Shown piece by piece: positions 10,591 through 22,195 of a stretch of DNA of 64,000 bases. A program made the position numbers and the translations under genes. The stretch lies in NCBI GenBank assembly GCA_035221665.1, contig CM069141.1:47244001-47308000 (forward strand), given 5' to 3'. The notes below the pieces were generated by a model that ran no database searches, was not told the DNA's origin, and worked only from the letters and a program-made list of their open reading frames with translations. The DNA comes from Okamejei kenojei. Lineage: Eukaryota. Within the stretch, counting starts at the first letter, position 1. Each line of letters opens with the position of its first letter.

Positions 10591-13500
10591 CGTTCTTATA
10601 TCTGAATTTATGTCACAATAAATCGAGGGTCAATTTATTGGCGGTCTTATTATTTATCCAACAGCGTGACCCTAGCGAGTGAAATATTTGTTACTGTTCC
10701 CTTTGTCTGTTATTTTTGTTTTCTTCCCGGTTAGCGATTGAGTCTTAAGAGGGGTCGAGACCCTACACGTCTCTGATCAATGTTCTCCAGGGATGCTGAC
10801 TGGCCTGCTGAGTTAGTCCAGAACTTCGAATATTTTTTTGTTTATTGTCCTTGTTTCTGCATCTTCCTCAGTATTTGGAATGATAAATAGTTTTTTTAAA
10901 AATCGAATGACTGGAATACACGTGTCTCAATTTTGCATCTCTTCAATGTGAAGAGATGCAAAATGTGAAGAGATCCGCCGACCAGTCGTTGACTACTATC
11001 AGAAACCTGTTGGTCCAATTGCGCAAAGGATCTTGGCATAGGGATCCAGTTTTCGGTGTTATAGTATTAACATACTGAACCAAAGACATCGAAATACACG
11101 GATAGGACTGGTTTAGAGGGATATGGCTCAAACGTAAAACGTAAGCAAGTCGGACTAGTGTAGATATGACATATTAGTCGGTGTGGGCAAGTGGGAACAA
11201 AGGACACGTTTCCACACTGTATGCTTCTATGACACTAACTCGCGCGAAAAACACGCCATAAGTAATACTTAGAATTTATACCTGGCGTGATTAAATACAA
11301 ACCTGGATTAGGTTGCGAAATTGTCCAGGCTGCACCTACATGTAGGTGGATGATTAATATAAAAAATAAAGATGGGACTGTAAAGGTCATTATATTAGAT
11401 GTTGTTGATGCGCTCATCGCCAACGATACAAAAAAGATCACAATCAAACCACAGGTCACTTGGTAGAATAGATTCATTTTTTTTTATTTGACCTCACATA
11501 AATCTAGTGCCATCACTCCTGACCTTTTTTAGTACACTACTAACGATAAAGTATCAGGTTTAATATGAAATATAAACTGATTATTGATATATGTTGGGAA
11601 ACATGTAATGAGACGGGCAATGGGTCTTATGCACAGAAAATGAACAACAATCAATCTAATATAATTTTCAATGTTCAGTTTTATTGCCAGGAAAACGTTT
11701 GGAAGTTCCCTGTTCTTTAAACGAGTCGCTGTGCTCTTTAGACGTGCTATTCAAAAGTCATGCTGGCTGGAATTAAATAGGAGATACCGAACAACAGAAT
11801 AACAGTAACTAACAACTCAGGATCCTAAAAAAACGTAATCTATCCAAAACTGGAGCATTTCCGGCATGTTTATTTGGCTATCATCTTTATAGATAACGCA
11901 TTAGCCAATGTGCTTTATTAATTTTGGCTGTAAAGAGAAAGAGGCAGTCATCGTAGATGGCATGCATGCTTTGGACAAGATTGTTGTAATATTGAAAGGT
12001 GGAGATTAGGAAACTAAAATTAATCAATTGTACGGAAGTTGAATGCTGACAATTCTTAAAATATTTACCGTGTGTCCATCGTGCATTTCAGAATTATTGT
12101 AAACTAAAAAGAGGACGGCATGAAGCAAGGAAAGTTACATTGGGTTATACAATATGTTTGAATATACAATCAATTACTTTGATTTTCTTATTAGAGAAAC
12201 ATTTGCCGAGAAATATGAGCACAAACGAGAAGCAAGCATGATTAGTATCGTCGCTGAACGCTGTCTCAAATTTCGAAACAGTTATCTTACAATTATAATT
12301 ATTGAAACTCCAATCTGGTTAAATTGAAGTTGTTCACTACTACCCACCCTTCACTTTTTCGTCAAAAATGAGGGCTCGGATATTGCAATGGTCAAGTCTA
12401 AACTTCTAGGGACTGGAATCCAGGCCTCTAATTGTGGGTACATTCGGACCTTTAAGATTGTAGCGGTTAAAGAGGGGAGCCCCGCACCACCTTCGCAAGG
12501 GCAAGTATACAGTCAATTCAAATCTGACAGCGTGTAAAGCCAGTATTCCTTGCATGGATATTTATCTGTAGACGACCAAAGACCTACGAATGCAACAAGA
12601 CTCATACATTGGTGGGGGGTGGGGGGGGGGGGGGGGGGGGGGAGCAAGTGTAAGATGTCTTTATATTCTTGTTGTTTATTCCCATTAGTTCCATCTTTAA
12701 GCCGCACGGTGGCGCAGCTATTTGCTCACGCTTCAGGAACGGGGTTTTTTTTATCATAAATTTTCCTGCTCTCTGTGCAGAGCTGATCACTTCGCCCTGC
12801 CAGAGGTACCGCCAATTAGCGATCTCCATTTGTTCCCCCACATATTTGTTCTTTTGTGATTATGAGTTGATATAAATTACCCCACAATTTACGAAGAAAA
12901 TACCAAACAGGAGCGCTCATGGACATATGTTGGGAATAAAAAAATACAAGGGGACAGTAAATCAACAGAAGGGGAAATATTACCAATACAATAGACACAC
13001 AACAGCATCCACTCCCCTCCCTGGGTATCGGCGTGGAACAAGTGGCTTCCGTTTGTGTCGACAAAACACCGTGCGATTGCCTATCAAATCACTCAATCTC
13101 GTGCAATTTGGGGTGTGTTCTAAATGCCGCCCATGAAAGGTGCACTCAGCCCTTGAAATTTAAAATATCCAACCATGGCCAACGCAGAATAATTTTGTAC
13201 AATGAGCAATATTTATCGTCAGCAAAACACCGAGTGCAGGAGGCGTTCAGCTGGCGAGGCAGCATATGTGGAGGGAAATGACAGGCGACGTTTCTCGTCA
13301 GAAATTTTTTTCAGACTGAAGTGATCCGTCCATAAAAGTCCGTTATGCCCACAGATGCTGCCTGAGTTATCCTATAATTTTGTGTCTTTCTCAAGATTAC
13401 AGGATCTGGAGTTCATTTTGTTGTCAATATATATCTCCGTATCTGCCGGCCTTTTTCTAATCTATCGTAAAATGGTAATGGCAATTCCAATTTTATCTTA

Positions 13501-14174
13501 CAATTACAACGTCCCTGAAAAGTTAGATACATAGCCGAGAGAAAGTTGGGACAACAGTGGAAGATCTTCACTACTTTCATTACTATAATCTTTACCCCTT
13601 TGTATTTCCTGCAGCCACTGTGGCAGGAGTTGCAGAAAGTTAGAATAATATTTACTTCCCAATCAATCACAATTCATTGCTTTCGGTGTAGTGAACACCA
13701 GTTCACCTTGTTATTCGTCTTGAATTGGACCAGCGACCAGAAAGTGTTTTTATTTATTGCGTTTGCATCTGTTTTGTCGTCCTAGAATAAACGGTGAGAA
13801 AAGAGGGTCGATATATCACATACGTTCTCTAATCGCTTTTAATGCGCAATATATGTTTATCTGTGATACTCAAAGCATATTCTTTTTGCTAATGCCAACC
13901 AGTGGCATTAACTTGATTAGAGAAATTCTCGTTTATAGCCGACTCCGCGATCGTAATCAAATATGATTCGTCTGAGAGATTTTAGTGAAGGAGGTTTCAT
14001 GGATCAACATTATATTGAAATTATCATGGTGGGAGAACTGATAATTCACCTATTTATGTCCTCCTATAAAAGACATCTGGTCTTTCGGATGTAAATGCTT
14101 ATGCTGAGTACATGATTTGTGAATGACTATACATTGCAGTTGTACACTCATAAATATTCCCGAGAACAGTTTAG

Positions 14175-14330
14175 CTTTAAGGATTATCGATGTAGTTTCT
14201 GAGAGGGGCTGGTTGTGTCGCTGTGTACCAATAAGAAGCACAGATGAAGAGATGGATCCAGTGCTCCTCCCACATTTCAAAGAAAAAGATCAGAATCGGC
14301 GAGAATAGCGAGCAGTACGCGTTTAGATCG
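14175..14330 (+). promoter_or_regulatory. Protocadherin promoter with CSE-like motif
   Basis: tgtgtcgctgtgtaccaat at 14214-14232, then gagatggatcca...ctcccaca...cagtacgcgtttag, about 240 bp before the ATG. Confidence 0.85.
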
Positions 14331-14471
14331 TGGAGTCTAGGTGTAAAGGATAACCTCATATAATTGTCCATTCAGAATATTGAATGCTTTTGCCGTAATT
14401 CGATGGTACGACCAGTTCCCCGGTTTCGTCGAGCAGAGGCCCGATTTTGGAAAATATTTCAATGCGGAACA

Positions 14472-16868
14472 ATGGCGAATTCGGTGAAAAACAAAGGCGT
14501 TGCTTTCAAAACCTTCGCTTTCCTGATTCTGGTATGTACATCAGATTTGTGTGCCGGACAAATCCGCTATTCTATTCCCGAGGAATTGGAAGTAGGGGGT
14601 TTTGTTGGGAATATTGCTCAAGATTTGGAGATGAACGTACCGCAGTTGCATGCTCGTAAAATTCGGCTCACTTCCGAGGGCGCTGGACATTACATGAAGG
14701 TGAATTTGAATGATGGGATTTTGTCCATTCGTGAAAGAATCGACAGAGAGCAGGTCTGTGGACAAACATACGTCTGTACCATTCCTTTCGAAATAATACT
14801 GGAAAATCCTTTGGCATCGCAACGCGGGGAAGTGGAGGTTCTTGATATAAATGACAATTCGCCCAGTTTCAGGGATAGCAGCATTTCCTTACAGATAGCC
14901 GAAACGATTGCGCCAGGGGTTCGATTTCGGCTGGTGAGCGCGGAAGATCCTGACATTGGAATAAATACCATCGCTGCTTACACAATCAGTTCCAACGAGC
15001 ATTTTAGTCTAAAAACGCAAAGAACCGATGACGGTGTTACAATTGCAGAATTACTACTGGAGAAGCGTTTAGACCGAGAGCTGCAGTCATCCTTTCGACT
15101 GGCGCTCACCGCAACTGACGGTGGAATCCCTCAGAGATCAGGCACCGCTCAGATTCTTATCACTGTGGTGGACATAAATGATAATCCACCTGTATTCGAT
15201 CATGAAATTTATCGGGGTAGCGTAAAGGAGAACACACCTCAAGGCACGCTAGTGATGAAAGTCAACGCCATTGATTTGGACGAAGGGCCGAATGCCGAGT
15301 TAACATATTATTTTAGCAAGCTGTCCTCAGCAAGAGTTAAAGAATTGTTTACTTTGGACCCGCACACTGGGGAGATTCGGACCAAAGTAGGGCTAGATTT
15401 TGAGGAAACAAACAGCTATTCACTCGATATTGAAGCTGTGGACCATGGAGTACCTGCAATTGCTGGACACTCCAAATTCTTTATCGATGTAATTGATGTA
15501 AATGACAACGCACCAGAGATAAAGGTGACATCCACAAAACGCAAAATTCAGGAAAATGGTCCCCCAGGCACATTAATAACCTTGATCAATGTTATCGATC
15601 GCGATTCTGGAGAAAACGGGCGGTTTCACTGCGAGATACCAAAAAATATCCCATTTAGACTTCGAACGTCGTCCAAAAATCATTATGAGTTGATTACCAG
15701 TGAATCACTGGACCGTGAAAGTATCTCTGAGTATAACATACATTTTCTAGCTTGGGACATGGGATCACCGTCACTGTCAACAAATAAAACAATCCAGATT
15801 TCAATATCAGATGTAAACGATAACGCCCCACGTTTTGGCGAATCCTCTTACAACGTATATGTGATGGAGAACAATGCTCCGGGTACATCTATTTTCGCAG
15901 TGACTGCAAGCGATGTTGACCAGGCCCAGAATTCCTATGTTTCTTACTCCTTTAAGGAAAATCTTCTCCAAGAGTTTCCTGCGTCCAGGTACCTCAGCAT
16001 CAACTCGATAAACGGCACAATTTACGCACAACGTTCATTTGACTATGAGAAACTTAAACGCTTCCAGATCCATGTTCAAGCCCGTGACGCTGGTGTACCC
16101 CCACTAAGCAACAGTGCTACTGTGACTGTGATAATCCTGGATCAAAATGATAACTCTCCGGTAATTGTTTCACCAATACCACAGATGGGATCAGCAGCAG
16201 TGGTGATGCTGCCCCAAACAGCGAGCCAAGGGTACTTGATCACCAAGATCATAGCAACAGATGCAGATTCTGGTCAGAACGCACGGCTATCTTATCAGAT
16301 GCAAAGATCCACCGATCCCAGTTTGTTCAACGTTGGACAAACGTCAGGTGAAATCAGAACTGCCAGACCTATTTTGGAATCAGGTACGACCGCACATTCT
16401 CTCGTTATCTTGGTGAAAGACAATGGGCAGCCTTCGCTCTCCAGTACGGTTTCAATTCACATCACAACCGTGGAGAATATCACTGAAATAACTACTGAAA
16501 GCAGCAACTTCGTGGCAAAATCAGAATCTTTCTCTGATGCGAATCTTTACTTAATTGTATTTTTCGGTTGTACTTCCGTTTTCTTTCTCGTGGTTATCGT
16601 CCTGCTGATTGGCATCATGTGTAAACAGAGTAGAAATACCCTCGAAGAATACAATTCTTCAAGCTGTTGTTCCAGACCTGGAGGTTCTCGAGATGCGTTT
16701 CCTTGCAGGCTTGCAATGGATGAAACTTTACGCTATCGCGGGACAGGCCGGGTGCTCTCCGTCCCAGAACCACACCAATACTCGGTCTCTCTGTCTCCAG
16801 AATCAGCCAAGAGCGATTTTCTGTTTTTAAAGCCGTACGACGTTTCCACGTCCCAGGCCCCATGTTAA
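14472..16868 (+). CDS. Clustered protocadherin, intact (798 aa): signal peptide, 6 EC repeats, TM, short tail
   Basis: QIRYSIPEE, DRE/DFE/DYE and DxNDN motifs over six repeats, TM, SPESAKSDFLFLKP tail. Start placed at the MANS ATG shared with paralogs, not at the upstream non-ATG start in the ORF track. Confidence 0.96.
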   Translation: MANSVKNKGVAFKTFAFLILVCTSDLCAGQIRYSIPEELEVGGFVGNIAQDLEMNVPQLHARKIRLTSEGAGHYMKVNLNDGILSIRERIDREQVCGQTYVCTIPFEIILENPLASQRGEVEVLDINDNSPSFRDSSISLQIAETIAPGVRFRLVSAEDPDIGINTIAAYTISSNEHFSLKTQRTDDGVTIAELLLEKRLDRELQSSFRLALTATDGGIPQRSGTAQILITVVDINDNPPVFDHEIYRGSVKENTPQGTLVMKVNAIDLDEGPNAELTYYFSKLSSARVKELFTLDPHTGEIRTKVGLDFEETNSYSLDIEAVDHGVPAIAGHSKFFIDVIDVNDNAPEIKVTSTKRKIQENGPPGTLITLINVIDRDSGENGRFHCEIPKNIPFRLRTSSKNHYELITSESLDRESISEYNIHFLAWDMGSPSLSTNKTIQISISDVNDNAPRFGESSYNVYVMENNAPGTSIFAVTASDVDQAQNSYVSYSFKENLLQEFPASRYLSINSINGTIYAQRSFDYEKLKRFQIHVQARDAGVPPLSNSATVTVIILDQNDNSPVIVSPIPQMGSAAVVMLPQTASQGYLITKIIATDADSGQNARLSYQMQRSTDPSLFNVGQTSGEIRTARPILESGTTAHSLVILVKDNGQPSLSSTVSIHITTVENITEITTESSNFVAKSESFSDANLYLIVFFGCTSVFFLVVIVLLIGIMCKQSRNTLEEYNSSSCCSRPGGSRDAFPCRLAMDETLRYRGTGRVLSVPEPHQYSVSLSPESAKSDFLFLKPYDVSTSQAPC

Positions 16869-19689
16869 ATTAAAGTGGTCGCCTGACATAAAGCAGCAAC
16901 AAACCATTGCCGGGCAATTTTATATCTAGTCATTTCTATTATATGGAGTGAAACATGTTTGCAAATATTCCGTTTGTTTTTTCCCTGTTAAGAAAAGGAG
17001 TTAATTTATGGAAAATGTCGGAAAAAACGACCACCAACATCTGGATTACAGGCATTCGACGCTGGTCACTGTTCACTTCCAAGGAAAACCTACAAATGGT
17101 CACCGAGTGTTGCATCATTCCGTTTTTGCTCTGCAAACTACTCAGAAGCATCTCTGCGCCCGCACAATTGTAGACATTGAAAACATTTATCAACAAGAAT
17201 ATGTCGTCAAACTTGTTGAAAAGGATTATGTATGAATCGTTTCAGCCATTTAATCGAATCTGATGGTGATTCTGTTTCGATATGTGTCGATTTTGTTTTA
17301 GATAAAAAATGCACGTGATCCTCTTTAAACGCAAGTATATTACATAGAATAAAGGAAAAGCTGTAAGTGTAATTGTTTTATATTATTTTAAAAGTAGCTG
17401 CTGAAGTCTTATATTGTGCAGGTTAATCAAATCAGATCCAAGAATAAGAAGTTTCGCTGCAGTTGGCAATAAACATGATTGCACTCTAGATGAGCACTAA
17501 ATGTACTTTTGATCGTTAATATATCGTTCAAAGTGTTCCGATTTAGATCACTTTACAATTCCATCGCGAATATGAATTCCGTTATATTGTTTGCAGCTGT
17601 TTGGGGAGTGATTTCTGGGCGAAAATTGCTGCAATTGACTGGACAAATCACAAGAGGCCGGGGCTAAATTGTCGCTAGCATCACGTTATATCCCAGGGAA
17701 GAAGAACGTGGAAAGGGTGCCAAGTGATGTCTGATTGATGTCACCTGAACGAAGTGTCTGCAAGTAGTGAAGGGAGAATATTGGAGTAACACCGTTACCG
17801 ACAACGTCTGATATTTCAACTTGAGTGATATTACTTTACAGAGTTTTGCATCATTTCTGATGTTCACATTCTCGAGATACTGGATTCTGTAAGGCCGTTT
17901 CCACCAAGTGCCAATCGCTGGAAAACCCGTAAATATTTCTGGGCGCACCTTCCGTCGTTCGCTCTCCCTGCACAACACTCAAGAAATCCTGGTTATAGTC
18001 CATTCGTCAGTTAACATTCCAATTCCACACCAGTGCGTGGATTATCAACGCGTCACGAGCAGCATGTGATGTGTATACCTGTTCGTGCACGTTTGTGAAT
18101 TGTGAACATGCTGCTGGCGGGTCGGAGCGTTTGAAATTGTTTGAAATTGTTTGAAATTGCCATGATAGTGCAGAACTCCATGAATGGAAATGTGGACGTG
18201 CTTATTTCAATAAGTGAATCACAGCACATTCTAGTTATTTTTTTAAATACATTTCTTACAGAATAAACCATACTCGAATAATCTTTACAACCAGTCTTTT
18301 AAATGAGGCATTTGCAAATATCTTCACTAGTTAGCATATTCATTTCAGAATTAATCAATTCCCTTATAGGTTCTCAGATCTTAACATTTCCAGTTCTTAC
18401 CTTGATTTCCCCTCTCTCTCTCACTCATGATGTACGGAGCAGTAGCGAATGGAAAGACCGACCGTGTGCAGGCAGATTTGAGTAAGTAGATTGGTATCGT
18501 GGTGGGCGCATTCATGGTGGACTGAAGGGCCTATCCCAGTTCTGTACTGCTTCATGCTCCATGATTTAATTGCGATATGCTATCGTTCCCCTCGACAGGC
18601 AATTGGAAATATGATTTGTAAACATTTGGAAAACAATATTTGGTCCGTTTAATAAGCACTTTCTTTGCATTGTTCCAGACTGCGAACGTCACACCGTCCA
18701 TTCCCATGGCCAACCAGAAAGGCAAGCTTTCGGCCCAGATTTGCATCGCTGATGTGGCTCCATGATTGATAGATGCGTAAAGAGACTTCTGTGCCAGTTT
18801 GCTTATCTTGGAATGCAACAAAAAAAATATTGCCCGCGGTGCTTAGGAGTTATTACATCGAGAATGCAGATCAGGCATTGCAATTATGCCAGCTCCAAAG
18901 TTTCAAAGATTGGCAGGTGCGGTGAAGTTTGAAAAGGATATATGTAAAAGCCAAAGTGCCAAATACCTCAGTGGGTCAGACAGCATCTTTGGAGGATATG
19001 GATATTCGAAGAGCTCCGTTTGACAATTTTTTTCACGTAGTGGAAATTGAAGAAGCGACATTAAAGGTATCAATTTGAAGTCTCTGAAATTGGGTTTATT
19101 GGCGCATTTAACTCTTGAGCTGACAACGTCTCCTGAAAAGTGACACAGTGTTTCTAACAGGAGTGACTCCGATACCCACCATATAGACTCGATGGGCTCA
19201 ACAGGTCCAGTGTCATAATGAAATATGAAGCATTCTGCGGTTCGTCGGTGCGCTTGTTCACGCTGGATATCGGGGCCAGATCTCGCTTTCAAAGTTCATG
19301 GTAGAAAACGAGAGGGGATATGAGATGAAGCATTTGCAGTGAAGGAATGGGTAATTGTGATTGGCTGCATATTTGGCCCATGTGCATTTCTTTACCAAAT
19401 TCCTAGCATAAGCAGCCCTGCCCGGATCTGTCAGTACCAGGAGTATGAGAACAGGTGGGGACGGGCGGGCAGGCAGCAAGTGACGGGGACGTTGGCCTGG
19501 AGTGGGGGCATCATGTACACATTAGCCAGCTCAACTCATACATGTTGGACACATACATGTGGTGCAGCTGCAGGATCAGCAACAGCCATGCAGGACGGTG
19601 ACTTAGTGGACAGTCACACAGGGATAATAACACCAGGTGCGTGGAGGAGTGCTGCAAACAACGCTACTTTGGTGCCACTGCAGAAGGGA

Positions 19690-19807
19690 TCAGGGGGTAT
19701 GGAGAGAAGGCAGGTACAGGATACTGAGTTGGATGAACAGCGATTATCATATTGAATGGCGGTGCAGGCTCGAAGGGCTGAATGGCCTACTCCTGCACCT
19801 ATTTTCT
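19690..19807 (+). mobile_element. CR1 3' tail abutting an assembly gap
   Basis: gatcagggggtatggagagaaggcagg...ggcctactcctgcacctattttct. Confidence 0.8.
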
Positions 19808-19944
19808 NNNNNNNNNNNNNNNNNNNNNNNNNNNNNNNNNNNNNNNNNNNNNNNNNNNNNNNNNNNNNNNNNNNNNNNNNNNNNNNNNNNNNNNNNNNNN
19901 NNNNNNNNNNNNNNNNNNNNNNNNNNNNNNNNNNNNNNNNNNNN
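19808..19944. other. Assembly gap (other gaps at 21947-22141 and 62976-63190)
   Basis: Runs of N. Confidence 0.99.
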
Positions 19945-19966
19945 AATAGGCAATATAGTTATATAT

Positions 19967-20100
19967 AGTAGGCAACCCAGGAACCACGCAAAGTATATAT
20001 ACAGCACATGGACATGTGTATATGAGTATATATATATATATATATATAGACATGTCCATGTGCTGTATATATACTTTGCGTGGTTCCTGGGTTGCCTACT
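19967..20100. repeat. Perfect 51-bp inverted repeat around a (TA)n spacer
   Basis: 19967-20017 is the reverse complement of 20050-20100. Confidence 0.93.
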
Positions 20101-20984
20101 GCTGAGTAACTCCACGAGCGGGAGGGGGGGGGGGGGGGGGGGTTGGCGAGTCGGTGAAAATAGAGCTCCAGCTGGAATATAAGAAGAAATAAAACAAAAA
20201 CACTGAAAGCAAATAGTAACTTAACAGCGGGAAGTAGGACATATGTGTGTGTGTGTGTGCGCGCTACTGAATACTTTCTATCCAGTGTCTCCGCTGCAAA
20301 TTGCAATGCATACGCGTTTGATATTTAGACAAACTTAATTTTATTTCCAGTTTTGCATTTTTAGTTTGTTCCACACATTTAATTAGTTTTAATCCCTCCA
20401 GAAAAAAACCTGGAAGTGGAGATGGTTCTCATACATAAAGCCCAAGAGATGGCTTCTTGATTCTAACGAGTGTTTGGGAAAAATAGACACAAAAAGCTGG
20501 AGTAACTCACGGGATAGACAGCATCTCTGGAGAGAAGGGATGGGTGAGGTTGCGGGTTGAGACCCTTCTTCGGACTGTTGTTTGGGAAACGTGGATTAGG
20601 TTTGTTTTCGGGGGGCGAGGGGGGGAATACATTCGCCTTTTTCTCTGATTTCAGGAATGAATGCTTGTTGACACACATAACACAGAGAAGGGGGGATCGT
20701 TGCGTTTAGGTCTGAGGAGAAGGGAGCCAAGAAGTTCTCGATTTTCCCTAGCGATAGTTTCACTTTTTTTGTATTTTTCCTTCTCTCCTGCCGCCTGTCC
20801 CGCTGACTACTTTTTGTGTCAAAGTCGTCTTGTTCAATCTCATTTCATTGCAACTTTCAGCTCTGGATACCCCGCGTTGATCCGCGCGTATTTCAGCATT
20901 TATATTTCTCAAGCCTCATTACCTCCCGGAGCCACATGTAACTTAACCACATGTAATTACTCCAGCATTTTGTGACTATCTTTG

Positions 20985-21310
20985 GTTCAGTCCCTTTAAA
21001 GATTATAAGAAAGTTCCCACGATAGACTCACGAGACACTAAGGTAAACGCACGGGCCATTACGTTATTGCAACGAGTTTAAATGTTTCCATTTTTAACTT
21101 GAACAGTTAATTTGACTCGTGGAAAAAAATCAAACATGTTTGATTTTTTTCACGAGTTAACAAGTTTCCCGAGTACCTACCGTTAGCGTCACGAGTGGAC
21201 AAGTTGATCGCGCGAGTTCCGACGTTGCCGCTAGGTTCATCGTACGTGATCACCACGAGTGAAAACTCGGGGTCACTCGTGGGCCAACTCGCAATGTGAG
21301 ACAGGGTAAT
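20985..21310. mobile_element. Possible decayed MITE / non-autonomous DNA transposon
   Basis: Many short internal cacgag/ctcgtg inverted motifs and a gtgagacaggg end. Termini are poorly preserved. Confidence 0.3.
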
Positions 21311-21379
21311 AAGCAGGTTATTTGTTACTGAAGTCCATGTGGTGCGATCCACCATTCGCCGACCACAATTGAAGATCAT

Positions 21380-22195
21380 GGATAGACACAAAATGCTGGA
21401 GTAACTCAGCGGGTCAGGCAGCATCTCTGGAGAGAAGGAATGGGTGACGTTTCGGGTCGAGACCCGTCAGACTGATGTCAGGGGTGTGAACGGAACAGAG
21501 ATAGAATGTAGTCGGAGACAGTAAGACGAATGGGAAAATTGGGAAGGGGGAGGGGATGGAGACGGGGGGAAAGCAAGAGCTAATTGAAGTTAGAGAAGTC
21601 CATGTTCATACCGCTGGCGTGTAAGCTACCCAAGCGAAATATGAGCGCTGGGCTTCACCACGACAATGGAGGAGGCCCAGGACAGAAAGGTCAGATTTGG
21701 AATGGAAGGAGGAGTTAAAGTGCTGAGCAACCGGCAGATCACGAATGTTGAGGCGGACTGAGCGGAGGTATTCAGCGAAACGATCGCCGATGTACTAAAG
21801 TTGACACCTGGATTAGCGGATACAATAGATGAGGTTGGAGGAGGTGCAAGCGAACCTCTGCCTGACCTAGATAGACTGTCAGGGTCTTTGGGTGGAGTCG
21901 AGTCGGGAAGTAAATGGGCAGATGATGCATCTCCTGCGGTTGCAGTNNNNNNNNNNNNNNNNNNNNNNNNNNNNNNNNNNNNNNNNNNNNNNNNNNNNNN
22001 NNNNNNNNNNNNNNNNNNNNNNNNNNNNNNNNNNNNNNNNNNNNNNNNNNNNNNNNNNNNNNNNNNNNNNNNNNNNNNNNNNNNNNNNNNNNNNNNNNNN
22101 NNNNNNNNNNNNNNNNNNNNNNNNNNNNNNNNNNNNNNNNNTGTATACGACGGTTGATGGGGTGGAAGGTGAGGACAAGGGGGACTCTGTCCTTA
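21380..22195 (-). mobile_element. Penelope-like retroelement, 3' part (GIY-YIG end + terminal repeat)
   Basis: Minus strand reads ...LIFRLGSLHASGMNMDFSNF, followed by the terminal repeat ending gttactccagcattttgtgtcta. Contains a gap. Confidence 0.8.

Noticed and set aside
14364-14471. N-terminal extensions in the ORF track for the 14364 and 32562 ORFs
   Set aside because: They start at non-ATG codons. The paralog-conserved MAN(S/P/L) ATG followed by a signal peptide is the credible start.
16850-16868. Terminal QAP/SQAQ resembling the gamma constant exon 1 peptide QAPPNTDWRFSQAQR
   Set aside because: A match of only 3-4 residues is too short to support a fused variable-constant origin.
17590-18050. 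Non-repetitive stretch after an acceptor-like ttgtttgcag
   Set aside because: No sustained ORF or recognisable homology.
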